This document shows positions 25,401 to 39,356 of a stretch of 64,000 nt of DNA, piece after piece (the stretch's first letter is position 1; each line of letters opens with the position of its first letter). The DNA is from Anaeramoeba ignava BMAN (lineage: Eukaryota; Protista; Anaeramoebae), in NCBI GenBank assembly GCA_028826165.1, contig JAPDFW010000070.1:1302001-1366000 (forward strand), in the 5' to 3' direction. The position numbers and the translations under genes were made by a program. The notes beneath the pieces were generated by a model. That model was not told where the DNA came from and did not search any database. It saw only the letters and a program-made list of their open reading frames with translations.

Positions 25401-28400
25401 TTGAATTTGAATTTGAATTTGAATTTGAATAAATTATTTCAATTAAACTTTCAATCATTTTTTCTTCAATTCTTTTTTCAATTTTTGAATCTATAATTAA
25501 TTTATTCATTAAAAAAATTGGTTTTAATCTTTTTTCAATTTCATTTTCTTTTTTAATTTCGTTTTGATTTTCTTTTTCTTCTTGATTTAAATCTTGATCC
25601 CTTGATATGATTTCATTTTGATTTTCATTTTGATTTTGTTTTTCAATTTCTTTTTGTTTTTCAATTTCATTTTGGATTTGTTTTTCAATTTGATTTTCAA
25701 TTTGATTTTGTTTTTCAGTTTCATTTTGTTTTTCAGTTTCATTTTGTTTTTCAATTTCATTTTGTTTTTCAATTTCATTTTCTTTTTCAATTTGATTTTG
25801 ATTTTCAGCTTCATTTTGTTTTTCAATTTCATTTTCATTTTCAATTTCATTTTGTTTTTCAATTTCAGTTTGTTTTTCAATTTGATTTTGTTTTTCAATT
25901 TGATTTTCATTTTGTTTTTCAGTTTCATTTTGATTTTCATTTTCAATTTGATTTTGTTTTTCAATTTCAGTTTGTTTTTCAATTTGATTTTGTTTTTCAA
26001 TTTGATTTTCAATTTGATTTTCAATTTGATTTTCAATTTCATTTTGATTTAAATTTTGATTTTGATTTTGGATTTGATTTTGGATTTGATTTTGATTTTG
26101 ATTTTGATTTTGATTTTGATTTTGATTTTGATTTTGATTTTGATTTTGATTTTGATTTTGATTTTGATTTTGATTTTGATTTTGATTTTGATTTTGATTT
26201 TGTTTTTCAATTTCATTTTCATTTTCATTTTCAATTTGATTTTCAATTTGATTTTCAATTTGTTTTTCAATTTGATTTTCAATTTGTTTTTGAATTTGAT
26301 TTTGTTTTTCAGTTTCTTTTTGTTTTTCAATTTGATTTTGTTTTTCAATTTGTTTTTGTTTTTCAATTTGATTTTGTTTTTCAATTTCAATTTGTTTTTG
26401 TTTTTCAATTTCAATTTGTTTTTGTTTTTCAATTTCAATTTGTTTTTGTTTTTCAATTTCAGTTTGTTTTTGTTTTTCAATTTCTTTTTGTTTTTGTTTT
26501 TCAATTTCAGTTTGTTTTTGTTTTTCAATTTCAATTTGTTTTTGTTTTTCAATTTCTTTTTGTTTTTGTTTTTCAATTTCTTTTTGTTTTTCAATTTCTT
26601 TTTGAATTTGATTTTCTTCTTGAATTAATTTTTCAAAATTAATTTTAGTTAAATTTTGAATTGAAAAATCTTTAATTAATTTAATAAGATTAATTGTCCA
26701 TTCTTTATTTTCTTCAATTTCAGAAAATAATTTGTTGATTAATTCTTCTTCTTCTTCTTCTTCTTTTTCTTTTTCTTTTTCTTTAAATTCTTTTAAAATT
26801 TCAAATAAAATTTCGAAAATTGATTCTTTGATATTTTGATCTTGTTTCTATTAATTAATTAAATTAATTTAATTGGGAAAAGAATGATAAAATATAATTA
26901 ATTATATTTATAATTATACTTACTTTTGTTTTATCTAAAATTTGGATAAATTGATTTTTTGAAAATAAATTATTTTGTTTTAAAAATAAAATTATTTCTT
27001 TTGATTGTTTGATAATTTCTTGATGAATTTCTTTTCCAAATATAATTTCAATAATATTTTTTGAATCAAACCATGAAATAAATAATCTTATTTTGTTTAG
27101 ATAATAATTAAATAAAATAATATAAATTAATATAAATATTTGTTTTTGAATTTTAAAATAAATTACTCTTTATCTATTTTTGGATAATTTGAATTTGAAT
27201 TTGAATTTGAATAATTATAATTTGAATTAAATCCAAATGATTCATTTTGTTTTTGTTTTTGTTCTTGTTCTTTAATTATTGAAATTTTTTGTTGAATTTT
27301 TTTAATTCCTTCAATTTTTAAAGGAATTGATGATGTTTTTAAATATTTAATTGAAATTTCATTTTCAAATTTCATTTTAAATTCAAAATATTCTTTTCTT
27401 TCTTCTTCTGTTTTATTTGTTTTTTTTATCATTTTAAATATTTTAGAACTTATTTTTTCAATTTTATTTTTTGTAAATGATTTAATTTCTTCATTTTCAC
27501 TTTCAATTAATTTTTCAAGAAATGATTGAAGAAAATTTGAAATTTTTTGATAAAATTCTTCTGAAAAATTTTCTGAAATCTTTTTATTTTTAAATTTTAA
27601 TTAAATTTTAATTTAAATTCTATTATAATAAAATAAAATGAAATTAATTTATTTTACCTGAATAATTGAATTAAGATAATAATAAGTAATTTCAGAATTT
27701 AATTTATGATCTTTTGAAAGAATAAAACAAATAATTTTTTCAAATCCTCTTATTCTTCCAAAATATTCAATATTTTCTTGTTTTAATTTTGAATAATTTT
27801 CTCTCTATTTTGTATTTGAATTTTAATTTTAATTTTAATTTAATTTTAAATTTTAATTTTAATTTTAATTTTGTATTTTAATTTTAATTTTAATTTTAAT
27901 TTTAATTTTAATTTTAATTTTAATTTAATTTTAATTTTAATTTTAATTTTAATTTTAATTTTAATTTTAATTTTATTAATTTTATTAATTTTAATTTTAA
28001 TTTTAATTTAATTTTAATTTTAATTTAATTTTAATTTTGATTTTAATTTTAATTTTAATTTTAATTTTAATTTTATATTTTAATTTTGATTTAAATTTTA
28101 ATTTTAATTTTAATTTTAATTTTAATTTTGAATCAAATTTTAATTTTAATTTTAATTTTTAATTTTAATTTTGTATTTTAATTTTAATTTTAATTTTAAT
28201 TTTAATTTTAATTTTAATTTTAATTTTAATTTTAATTTTTAATTTTAATTTTGTATTTTAATTTTAATTTTAATTTTAATTTTAATTATAATTTTAATTT
28301 TAATTTTAATTATAATTTTAATTTTAATTTTAATTTTAATTTTGATTTAAATTTTGATTTTAATTTTAAATTTAATTTTAATTTTAATTTTAATTTTAAT

Positions 28401-29290
28401 TTTAATTTTAATTTTAATTTTAATTTTAATTTTATTTTTAATTTTAAAATTATCTTACTTTTGTAAAGTTAAATTCTTCAAATTTTATTATTGGAATTTG
28501 TTCATTTGATTTTAAATCTTTAAATTTAAAATTTTCATTAAATGATTGATTAATTAAATCATTTGATTTTTTTGATAATTTCCAAAATGAAATAAAATCT
28601 CTCTTTTTTATAAATTAATTTTTTGTTTTTTTTTTTAATAAGAAAATATAAATTAAATTAAATTAAATTTTTATAAATTAATCATTTTTTTGAAAATAAT
28701 TGATTAAATAATTAAATATTTCTTATTTAATAATAAATTAATCTTGATTTTAACTTATTTAAAAAATAAATTAAAAAAAAATGAAAAATAAAAAATGAAT
28801 AAATACTTTTCTCCATTTTTTTAAAATTAAAATCATTTTTAGGTTGGGAATTAGAAAGAGATTTTTGTTCAAAATTAAGAATTAATGAAAGAGATTTGGC
28901 AATTCCTTTGTTTTCTTCTTCAATTTTTAAAAAAATTAAATCAAGACATTTTCGAAAAAAATTATTAATTAATTGAGTTGTTTTTTTTGTTTTGAATTGA
29001 GGTTCAAGTCGATAAATAGAATTAATCATTTCATAAAGATAATTTTCCAAAAAAGCAAATTCTTTTTCTTTTTCAAGTTTTCTTTCAATTATTTTATTAA
29101 TTTCTTTTTCAATTTTTTGGATACATTCAATCACATTCTTTTCTTTTTGATTTTTGTTTTTAAAATTTTCTGAATTAAATTGAATTAGTTTGAATTAATT
29201 TAAATTAATTATTTTAATTCTTTTTATTTAATTACGACTTAATAAAGAAGCGAAAATAATATCATAATCTTCAATTTGTTTTAATTCCAT
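19461..29290 (-). CDS. Large ubiquitin-specific protease, tandem copy 2; shorter C-terminus, extra low-complexity inserts, apparent frameshifts
   Basis: GLTNLGATCYMNSSLQQL, EQKDASEF, GVIVHTGTTYSGHYYSII. The intron positions checked match copy 1. Indels near 20875, 25150 and 28810. Confidence 0.85.
25555..26615 (-). repeat. About 1 kb coding minisatellite insert (EKQNQI/EKQKQT/NQ repeats) specific to USP copy 2
   Basis: Absent at the equivalent point of copy 1 (about 16890-16925). Made of 6/12/18/24-nt units that keep an E/K/Q/N-rich frame on the minus strand. Confidence 0.8.
27810..28445. repeat. (TTTTAA)n intronic satellite in USP copy 2 (about 200 bp intron in copy 1, 18110-18290)
   Basis: Same intron in both paralogs, with different array lengths. 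Confidence 0.9.
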
Positions 29291-29587
29291 TTTTAAAAAA
29301 AAAGGAAAAAATGAAAAAAATTAAATAAAAAAATTTTTTTTAAACAAAAAAAAGTGGACAATTTTGTTTTTTTGCTTTTATTTCCCTTTTTTTTTGGAAT
29401 TTAATAAATAAATTGAAATAAAAAGAGGAATTGAAAACTCGACAACTTTTAATTTATTTAAATTTTTTATTTTAATTTTTGATCAACAAAAAAGAAAAAA
29501 AGAAAAAAAAAAAAATTAATAATTTTTGAAAAATAATTAATCATTTTTTTCTTTTCATTTTTTCTTTTTGAATTATAAAATATAAAA
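29291..29587. promoter_or_regulatory. Divergent promoter between USP copy 2 and RPF2; the USP-proximal part is duplicated at about 19115-19292
   Basis: A near-identical block AAAAGTGGACAATTTTG...AAAAGAGGAATTGAA lies upstream of both USP copies. Confidence 0.6.
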
Positions 29588-31599
29588 ATGCAACAAGTTA
29601 TAAAGAAAATTAAAAAAGATAATTTAAAAGGAAGAGCTAAAAGAGTTATGAAAAAAAAAGAACCACAAATTGTTGAAGTAGTTAAATCTGCAATGTTTGT
29701 GAGTGGAAATAAAACAAGTGCAACAATTAGACAGACTCTTCTTGATTTAGTAAATAGAAAATTTTTATATTTATTTTTACAAAATTTTTTTTAAATGAAA
29801 TTTTTATATTTTAAAAAAATTTTTTTTTCTTGAATAAAAAATAATAAATAAAAGTATATGCTTAAAAAACCACATGCTATTCATTTATCTCGTAAACATG
29901 ATATTCATCCTTTTGATGATGAAGTTCCTCTTGAAAAATATTCTTATACTTATGAATGTAGTTGGTTTGTTTTTGGTTCAAATACAAAAAGAAGACCAAA
30001 TAATTTAATTTTTGGAAGATTGTTTGATTATCATGTTATTGAAATGATGGAATTTCAAGTTGAAGATTACAAATCAATTTCAGAATTTGAGGTTCATTTC
30101 CAATTACAATTTAATTTAAAATGAAATTGAAAATCAAAATCCAAATTTAATTCAAAATTTAAATCAAAATCAATTCAAAATCAAAATGAAAATCAAAATC
30201 AAAATTTAAATCAAAATTTAAATCAAAATCAAAATCAAAATCAAAATCAATTCAAAATTTAAATTAAAATCAAAATCAATTTCAAAATCAAAATCAAAAT
30301 CAAAATCAATTCAAAATCAAAATCAAAATCAATTTCAAAATTCAATTCAAAATTCAAAATTAAATTCAAAATTTAATTCAAAATCAAAATCAAAATCAAA
30401 ATCAAAATTAAAATTAAAATTTAATTCAAAATCAATTCAAAATCAAAATCAAAATTAAAATCAATTTAAAATTATATTCAAAATTTAATTTAAAATTTAA
30501 TTTAAAATTAAATTCAAAATCAATTTCAAAATCAATTTCAAAATCAATTTCAAAATCAATTTTAAAATTCAAAATCAAAATCAAAATCAATTCAAAATCA
30601 ATTCCAAAATCAATTTCAAAATCAAAATCAATTCAAAATCAAAATCAATTCAAAATCAAAATTTAAATCAAAATCAAAATCAAAATTAAAATTAAAATTA
30701 AAATTTAATTCAAAATCAAAATCAAATTCAAAATCAAAATCAAAATCAAAATCAAAATCAAAATTAAAATTAAAATCAAATTTAAAATCAAAATCAAAAT
30801 CAAAATCAAAATCAAAATCAATTCAAAATCAAATTCAAAATCAAAATCAATTTTAAATTAAATCAAAATCAATTTCAAAATTCAAAATCAATTCCAAAAT
30901 TTAAAATCAAAATTAATTTCAAAATCAATTTCAAAATTTAATTCAAAATTCAAATCAAAATTGAAATTTAAAAAATTTTTAAAAAAAAAAAAGGGACAAA
31001 AATGTCAAAACGAATCAAAACCATGTCTTATTTTTAATGGAGAAGAATTTGAACACAAATTTGAATATCAAAAATTTCGAAATATGATGATTGATTTATA
31101 TCGCGGAAAAGTAGTTTCATCATTAAATTTAGCAGCAATTGATAAAATTTTTTCTTTTACAATTATAAACAACAAAATATACTTCAAAGTTTATGTTTCA
31201 CAATTAAAAAGAACAGGAACCAAAGTAAATTTCTCAAGAATCATTGAGAATGATTTTGAAACAAAAATTCCCACTAATTCCTCTTATTTTTTTCTATTCT
31301 AGTTCCCGAGAATTGAGCTCGTTGAAATGGGACCTTCAATGATTTTAACTCTTAGAAGAACAAAATTTGCCACAGAAGATACTATGAAATTGGCAACTCA
31401 AGTTCATAAATCTTTGAAACAAAAAAAAAAGAAGAACGTTTCACAGTCTAATTTTGGTGATATTGTTGGTCAAATCCATCTAGATCAACAAAATTTATCT
31501 TCAATTGTTACAAAACGCCCCAAAGCTTTACGACGAACAAAAAGGAAAACACAAGAAAAGCCCAATGATAATGAACTAGAAAAAGAGAAGGAAAAATAA
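29588..31599 (+). CDS. RPF2: Ribosome production factor 2 (Brix domain), 4 exons
   Basis: KEPQIVEVVKSAMF, HPFDD..LE, FVFGSNTKRRPNNLIFGRLFDYHVIEMME, KPCLIFNGEEF, PRIELVEMGPS..LRRTK, KKKNVS...GDIVGQIH. Confidence 0.93.
30120..30970 (+). repeat. (AAAATC/AAAATT)n intronic satellite (RPF2 intron 30092-30993)
   Basis: Visible tandem hexamer variants. Confidence 0.9.
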
Positions 31600-31749
31600 T
31601 CAATGAGGCTTAATAGATCTCCATTTTTTTTTTCATAGATATTTTAAATCATAAAAAAAAATTTCCAAAAATAAAAACTTTTTTTCAACTTTTTTTTTCA
31701 TTTTTTTCTTTTCATTATTTATTTTTTTTTTCCTTTCCAAAATTTAATA

Positions 31750-32822
31750 ATGAATTCTAACGATATTGATCCTATGAGTTGGGGAGAACATTGTAGTTTC
31801 TCTGAATGTAAAAAATTAGATTTTCTTCCAATAAAATGTGATTTATGTGGAAAACTTTTTTGTTCAGATCATTCTAAACCTGAAGCACATAAATGCCCAA
31901 AATTAAAAGAACAATTAAATAAATCAGTTATTTGTCCAATATGCAATCAAGTTATTCATTTCAAATCTACAGAGGATCCAAATATTGCTGTAATTTTTCA
32001 AATTTCAAATTAAAATTCATTTATAAAATTCATTTTAAAATTATAATTAAAAATTAAAATTAAAATTAAAATTCAAATCAAAATTAAAATTCATTTATAA
32101 AATTAAAATTCATTTATAAAATTAAAATCAAAATTATAATTAAAATTAAAATTAAAATTAAAATTCATTTATAAAATAAAAATTAAAATTAAAATTAAAA
32201 TTAAAATTAAAATTAAAATTAAAATTAAAATTAAAATTCATTTATAAAATTAAAATTCATTTATAAAATTAAAATTAAAATTAAAATTAAAATTAAAATT
32301 AAAATTCATTTATAAAATTAAAATTAAAATTAAAATCAAAATTAAAATCAAAATTCATTTATAAAATTAAAATTCGGAAAAAAAATTTAGTTGAACAATC
32401 ATATCGAATTTAAATGCAACAAAAAATCAAAGAATAAAAAACCTCTTTATTATTCATGTTCTTATCCTGGTTGTCAAAAAAAAGAAATGTTTAAATCTAT
32501 TTGTCCTCATTGTGGTCAAAATTTTTGTTTAGAACATCGGAATCCTTTAAATCATACATGCATTTCAAAGTCAAAATCAAAACCAAAACCAAAACCAAAA
32601 CCAAAATCAAAGTCAAAATCAAAGTCAAAATCAAAACCAAAAGAAAAACCAAAAGAAAAACCAAAAGAAAAACCAAAAGAAAAACCAAAAGAAAAACCAA
32701 AAGAAAAACCAAAAGAAAAACCAAAAGAAAAACCAAATTCAAAGTCAAATTCAAAGTCAAATTCAAAACCAAATTCAAAACCAAATTCAAAACCAAAAGA
32801 AAAAAATTGTTTAATTTTTTAA
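31750..32822 (+). CDS. AN1-type zinc-finger protein (ZFAND2/AIRAP-like) with C-terminal CaaX box
   Basis: Two AN1 fingers (GEHCSFSECKKLDFLPIKCDLCGKLFCSDH; CSYPGC..CPHCGQNFCLEHR..H.C) and a CPIC..H UBZ-like finger. Ends KEKNCLIF*. Intron 31990-32390. Confidence 0.88.
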
Positions 32823-33005
32823 TTGTTTAATTGCTTAATTGTTTAATTGCTTAATTGTTGAAAATGTTTGAAATCTTGAAATGTCAAAAATTCTTTTTAC
32901 AAAAATCAAACAAATTAAATTTTTTTTTTTGAAAATAAAAAAATCATTTTTTTCTTTTTTCTTTTTAATTTTCTTATTTGTTATTTGTTATTTTTTATTA
33001 TTTTT

Positions 33006-34562
33006 ATGGCTACTCGTGAAGAAATTGCAATATTTTCTGTTTTAGCAATTCTTTATTTTATTTTATTGGGATTTTGTTTTCTCAAATTATGGTTATTATT
33101 AACAAGACAACGTTCACATTCACATTCACATCAAAAAGTGAATAAAAATTAAATTCAAAAATTAAAATTTAAAATCAAAATCAAAATTAAAATTAAAATC
33201 AAAATCAAAATTTAAATTCAAAATCAAAATTTTTAAAATTTAAAATCAAAATTATAAAATTTTTTAGTATTTTTCTTTAATTATCAAAAACATTTCCTTC
33301 TGTTTGGCAATCTATAGTTTCTCAAATTCTTCTTTCTGCATTTTTTATGTTGATTTTTACATTGTAATCAAAATAAAAATAAAATAAAATTCAAATTCAA
33401 AATTCAAAATTCAAAATCAAATTCAAATTCAAATTCAAAATTCAAATTCAAATTCAAATTTCTTTCAAATTTAAAATCAAAATTTTTATTCAAAAATTGA
33501 TTTTTCAAATTCAAAATCAAAATCAAAATAAAAATAAAAATAAAATTCAAATTCAAATCAAAATAAAAATAAAAATAAAAATTCAAATTCAAAATCAAAA
33601 TCAAAATTCAAAATTAAAAATTCAAATTCAAAATCAAAATCAAATTCAAATTCAAAATTCAAAATTCAAATTCAAATCAAATTCAAATTTCAAAATTCAA
33701 ATTTAAAATTGAAAAAATCAAATTCAAATTCAAATTCAAATTAAAAATCAAAATTCAAAATTAAAATCAAAATTAAAATTCAAATTCAAATTCAAATTCA
33801 AATTTAAAATCAAATTCAAATTCAAATTCAAATTCAAATTAAAAATCAAATCAAATTCAAATTTCAAAACCCAAAAATCAAAATGTTTTAATTTGGATTG
33901 TTTTACATTTTAAGAAAACAACATCATGCATGGCTTAAAAGAAAGGATGAAACTCACGAAACATCACGAAAAGCTATTATTTTATTTGTTGGATTAGATA
34001 GCTTAGTTTATGTTGTACAAATTATTTTTAATATTGAAGTAGAAGGTGGAAGTTTTTATTTTACTGCAAGTGTTTATCTTGTTTGCGCAGTTTCTTTATT
34101 AATATTTAGTTTTATTCTAATGCGCTTACTTAAAAACAAACAACAAGCCATGAACTTAGTTAGTTTGAAAAAAACATCTATTGTTATCTTAATTTGCACT
34201 TTTCTTTATTTCGTTCGAATAATAATTTTGATTTCTGTTGATATTTATTTGGATGATATTAGTAGTAATACTGTTGCTATTATCCAAATATTTTACTCTT
34301 TATTTTTTGATATGCTTCCAATTACTTTAATTGCTTTTGTTCTTTTTGTTACTCCTCCAAAAACTGAAGATTGTAAATTCCAAAAAATTTTAAATTGAAT
34401 TTTTTCTTTTAAAATTTTAATTTTTAATTTTGAAATTTTAATTTTTAATTTTTAATAGTTGTTCCTGTTGTTACAAAATCTATTCAAAAATCTTTATTAG
34501 AAAATAAAGATAAAGATTGGGTTGAAAAACAAGAAGCTATAACTACTTCTTCTAGTGATTAA
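33006..34562 (+). CDS. Multi-pass membrane protein, probably THH1/TOM1/TOM3-like 7TM family
   Basis: Hydrophobic helices in exons at 33006, about 33270-33363, 33915-34371 and 34459-34562 (ICTFLYFVRII; YSLFFDMLPITLI). The exon 1/2 junction does not join in frame by hand. Confidence 0.55.
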
Positions 34563-34730
34563 TTAAATTTTAATTCTGATTTTTGATTTTTGATTTTTGA
34601 TTTTTAATTTTAATTCTTAATTTGGAATTTCTTTTATTATTATGGTTTTTTTTTAAAAAATAAAGAAAATTTCAAATTTCTTTTGTTAATTTCTTTGATT
34701 TCTTTTCTTTTTTTAATTTTAATTTTAATT

Positions 34731-37700
34731 TTAATTTTTCTCATCAACAAAACAAGCAGGAACATAACCTTCTCTTCCTTCACTATTTAAAACAAAATAC
34801 CATCCTTCAAATTTATTAATTAATGTAAAAACTTCACCATCTTTCATATCTAATTCTGTTTCATCTCTTTTTTCGTAATCATGATTAGAAACAACTTTTT
34901 TAGTTGTTTTAATTTCAACAGACAAAAATCTTTGTTCATGAACAACAACTTCCAAATAAGTTGAAGGAACTAAACCAACAATATTCTCCTTTTCAGATTC
35001 CCACCTTAAATTATTAAAAAAAATAAATAAAAAAATAAATAAAAAAATAAATAAAAAAATAAATAAAAAAATGAAGAAAAAAATTTTTTTTCTTTTAGGG
35101 AAAGTTTTTTTTTTTTTCCGTTTTTTTTTGAATAAATATTTATTTTTAACTTACCATCCACTTTCATTTTGAGAAATAATTTTGAATAATTTCACCAGCT
35201 TTTATTGAAAGATAACCTTCTTTTTGTGGATCATAATCAGAAATAACTTTTGTGTAAATTTTGTTAGTATTTTTTGGCAGATTATCGATATTCTGTGATA
35301 TAATTTGAGTTGCTGATGATTTTGGATTTTTTGGTTTTACATTTTGGATTTGAGTTTCAGTTAATGATCGAGGACGAGATGATTGATCTCTTATTTTCCT
35401 CAATCCTTTATTCAGTTTTTTTTGTGGAATATCTTCTGCTTCTTTCGGTTTTTTTGTTGAATTGAAATTGAAATCCATTCCTTTAAAAATTCCTTCTTGA
35501 ATTACTTGATTTTTCTTATCCATCTTATCTTTTATCTTATTTTTTTTCTTATCTTTTTTTTTATCTTTTTTTTTATCTTTTTTTTTATCTTCAGTTTCTT
35601 CAAATCGAGCTTTTTTTGGTTTAGTTTTGGCTTTTTTCACTTCTTCTTCTTTTTTATCTTCTTCTTTTTTTTTGATTTCATCATGAGGATACTTTTTTTA
35701 TTTTAATTTTAATTTTAATTTTATAAATTAATTTTAATTTGAATTTTTATTTTAATTTTAATTTTAATTTTAATTTAAATTTAAATTTTAAATTTAATTT
35801 TAATTTTAATTTTAATTTTAATTTTAATTTTAATTTTAATTTTAATTTTAATTTTAATTTTAATTTTAATTTTAATTTTTAATTTTAATTTTAATTTTAA
35901 ATTTTAATTTTAATTTTAATTTTAATTTTAATTTTAAATTTTGATTTTAATTTTAATTTTGATTTTGATTTTTATTTTAATTTTAATTTTAAATTTTAAT
36001 TTTAATTTTAATTTTAATTTTAATTTTAATTTTAATTTTAATTTTAATTTTAATTTTAATTTTAATTTTAATTTTAATTTTAATTTTAATTTTAATTTTA
36101 ATTTTAATTTTAATTTTAATTTTATAAATTAATTTTAATTTTAATTTTAATTTTAATTTTAATTTTAATTTTAATTTTAAATTTTAATTTTAATTTTAAT
36201 TTTAATTTTAATTTTAATTTTAATTTTATAAATGAATTTTAATTTTAATTTTGATTTTAATTTCTACTTTGTTTTCATAAGTTGTTTTAGTAATAATAGG
36301 ATTATAATTTTCTTCAATTCCAAAATGTTTTTTAATAAATTCTTCAGTTTCTTCATTTGTAAATGTAATATTCTCTCTTTCTTTTTTAATATTTTTTTGA
36401 ATTTCCTCTACAAATTGTTTTTGTTGTTCAAGATATGTTGTTAAAACTTCTTTTAATTGATTCACTTTGTTTTGTTCAGCTTCTTGAACATCAATTAAAA
36501 TTTTTTGTGAATTTTCTTTGAATTCTTTATGATGTTTTTCTAATTTTGAATGAAATTCTACATATTGAGATTCTAAATTAGCTTGATTTTTTCTCATAGT
36601 TTGTAACTATTTTTTTACAAATTTTAATTTTAATTTTAATTTTAATTTTAATTTTAATTTTAATTTTAAATTTTAATTTAATTTTAATTTTAATTTTAAT
36701 TTTAATTTTAATTTTAATTTTAATTTTAATTTTAATTTTAATTTTAATTTTAATTTTAATTTTAATTTTAATTTTAATTTTAATTTTAATTTTAATTTTA
36801 ATTTTAATTTTAATATTTACTTGTTCCATTGATTTATCTTGTGATTTAAGTGCTTTGATTTCATATTTTTCAAGTTCTTTACTTTTTTGCAGATAAGTTT
36901 CTCTAATTGTTTCAAATTCTTTTACTGCTTTATCAAGTTCTTCTTTTTCAGCTTTAATTTTTTGAAGAGAAGAAGATGGATCAATATAACTTTGAATTGA
37001 TTGTCGAATTTTTGTAATATAATTCGTAAATTCTTTGTTTGCTAGTTCCATTAGAGATGATGTGATTTTCGATTCATTTAACAATGATACCCAAGCACTT
37101 GAAACTGGACTTCTATTTAATTTTGAATTTATATTTATATTTATATTTATATATTTATATTTATATTTATATTTATATTTATATTTATATTTATATTTAT
37201 ATTTATATTTGTATTTATATTTATATTTATATTTATATTTAGATTTATATTAATAAATATATTTATATTTATATTTATATTTATATTTATATTTATATTT
37301 ATATTTATATTTATATTTATATTTATATTTATATTTATATTTATATTTATATTTATATTTATATTTATATTTATATTTATATTTATATTTATATTTATAT
37401 TTATATTTTATATTTATATTTTATTTTTATATTTATATTTTATATTTATATTTATATTTATATTTATTTATATTTATGTTTATATTTTATATTTTATATT
37501 TATATTTATATTTATATTTTTATATTTTATTTTATATTTATATTTATATTTTATGTTTATATTTATATTTTATTTTATATTTATATTTATTTTATATTTA
37601 TATTTATATTTTATTTTATATTTATATTTTGTTTATTTTTATATTTATTTATATTTATATTTATTTTTATGTTTATGTTTATGTTTATTTTATATTTATA

Positions 37701-39023
37701 TTTATGTTTATATTTTATATTTTATATTTTATATTTATATTTATATTTATATTATATTTATGTTTATATTTATATGTTTATATTTATATTTTTATATTTT
37801 ATATTTTATATTTATATTTATATTTATATTTATTTTTATATTTTATATTTATATTTATTTTATATTTATATTTATATATTTATATTTTTATTTATATTTT
37901 ATATTTATGTTTATATTTTATATTTATATTTATATTTTTATTTTTTTATATTTATATTTGTATTTATATTTATATTTTATTTATTTATATTTATATTTTA
38001 TTTATGTTTTATTTATATTTATATTTTTATATTTTATTTTTTATTTTTTATATTTTATATTTATATTTTTATTTATATTTATATATTTTATATTTATGTT
38101 TTATTTATATTTATATTTTATTTATATTTATATTTATATTTATATTTATATTTATATTATTTATTTTATATTTTATATTTTATATATTTTATATATATTT
38201 ATATTTATATTTTATAATTATATTTATTTATATTTTATATTTATATTTTTATATTTATATTTATATTTATATTTTTATATTTTATATTTATATTTATGTT
38301 ATATTTATTTATATTTATTTTATATTTATATTTTATATTTATATTTTATGTTTATTTTTATTTTATTTTTATATTTATATTTATATTTTATATTTATTTT
38401 TATTTATTTTATATTTTATTTATATTTATATTTATATTTATATTTAGTATTTATATTTATAATTATTTTTATATTTATATTTTATATTTATATTTATATT
38501 TATATATATTTATTTTGAATTTATATTTATATTTTATATTTTATATTTATTTAATTTATATTTATATTTTATATTTATATTTTATATTTATATTTATATT
38601 TATATTTATATTTATATTTATATTTATATTTATATTTATATTTATATTTATATTTAAATTTATATTTATAATTATATTTATAATTATATTTATATTTATA
38701 TTATTTATATTTATATTTATATTTATATTTATTTTTATATTTATATTTATATTTATATTAATAAATATATTGCTTATTCGTTTTTTGAATTGAATTTGAA
38801 TTTAAAATTGCTTTTTCTTTTTCTTTATTTAAAATTACCTTGAAACTTTTGATGACATTTTTGCTTCATAAAAATCAACAACTTTTTTTAATTCACGTGA
38901 ATATTCAAAATGAGTTATTGCTAAAATTCCAAAGAATTCTTGAACTTCTTTCCCTTTTTGTGATGTTTCTTTTGTTAAATTTACAATCGAATTAGGTGAA
39001 TCCCAAAGATCAATAAAAGACAT
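34731..39023 (-). CDS. F-BAR plus two SH3 domain protein, copy 1 (5 exons)
   Basis: N-terminal MSFIDLWD..EFF..LA...EYSRELKK..SAW..LLNE (FCH/F-BAR). SH3 motifs DYDPQKEGYLSIKAGEII..GWWE..GLVPSTY and DYEKRDETELDMKDGE..GWY..EGYVP. Confidence 0.82.
37125..38760. repeat. About 1.6 kb (TATATT)n intronic satellite (intron 37113-38838)
   Basis: Visible array; source of the spurious FIYL ORFs. Confidence 0.95.
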
Positions 39024-39356
39024 TTAATAAAAAAAATGAAAAAAAAAATGAAAAAAAAATTTTATTTCAAGAATTTGGAATAATTTATTTTGGATTTTAA
39101 TTTGATTTGAATTTTGATTTGGATTTTAATTTGGATTTTTGATTTTAATTTGGATTTTAATTTGATTTGGATTTTAATTTTGATTTGGATTTTAATTTTG
39201 ATTTGGATTTTAATTTTAATTTTGATTTTGATTTTTAATTTGGAATTTCTTTTATTATTATGGTTTTTTTTTAAAAAATAAAGAAAATTTCAAATTTCTT
39301 TTGTTAATTTCTTTGATTTCTTTTCTTTTTTTTTAATTTTAATTTCAATTTTAATT

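Noticed and set aside
4460-32822. Functional cluster of ER/ubiquitin quality-control genes (GET4, COPE, USPs, AN1-CaaX)
   Set aside because: They are interspersed with unrelated housekeeping genes, and there is no evidence of co-regulation beyond adjacency.
37476-38793. Long hydrophobic ORFs (FIYL, ILIL, KIKI, NFNF) here and at 25587-26628, 41362, 49964 and 51062-52388
   Set aside because: They are translations of hexamer satellites in introns or of the wrong frame/strand of coding repeats, with no sequence complexity.
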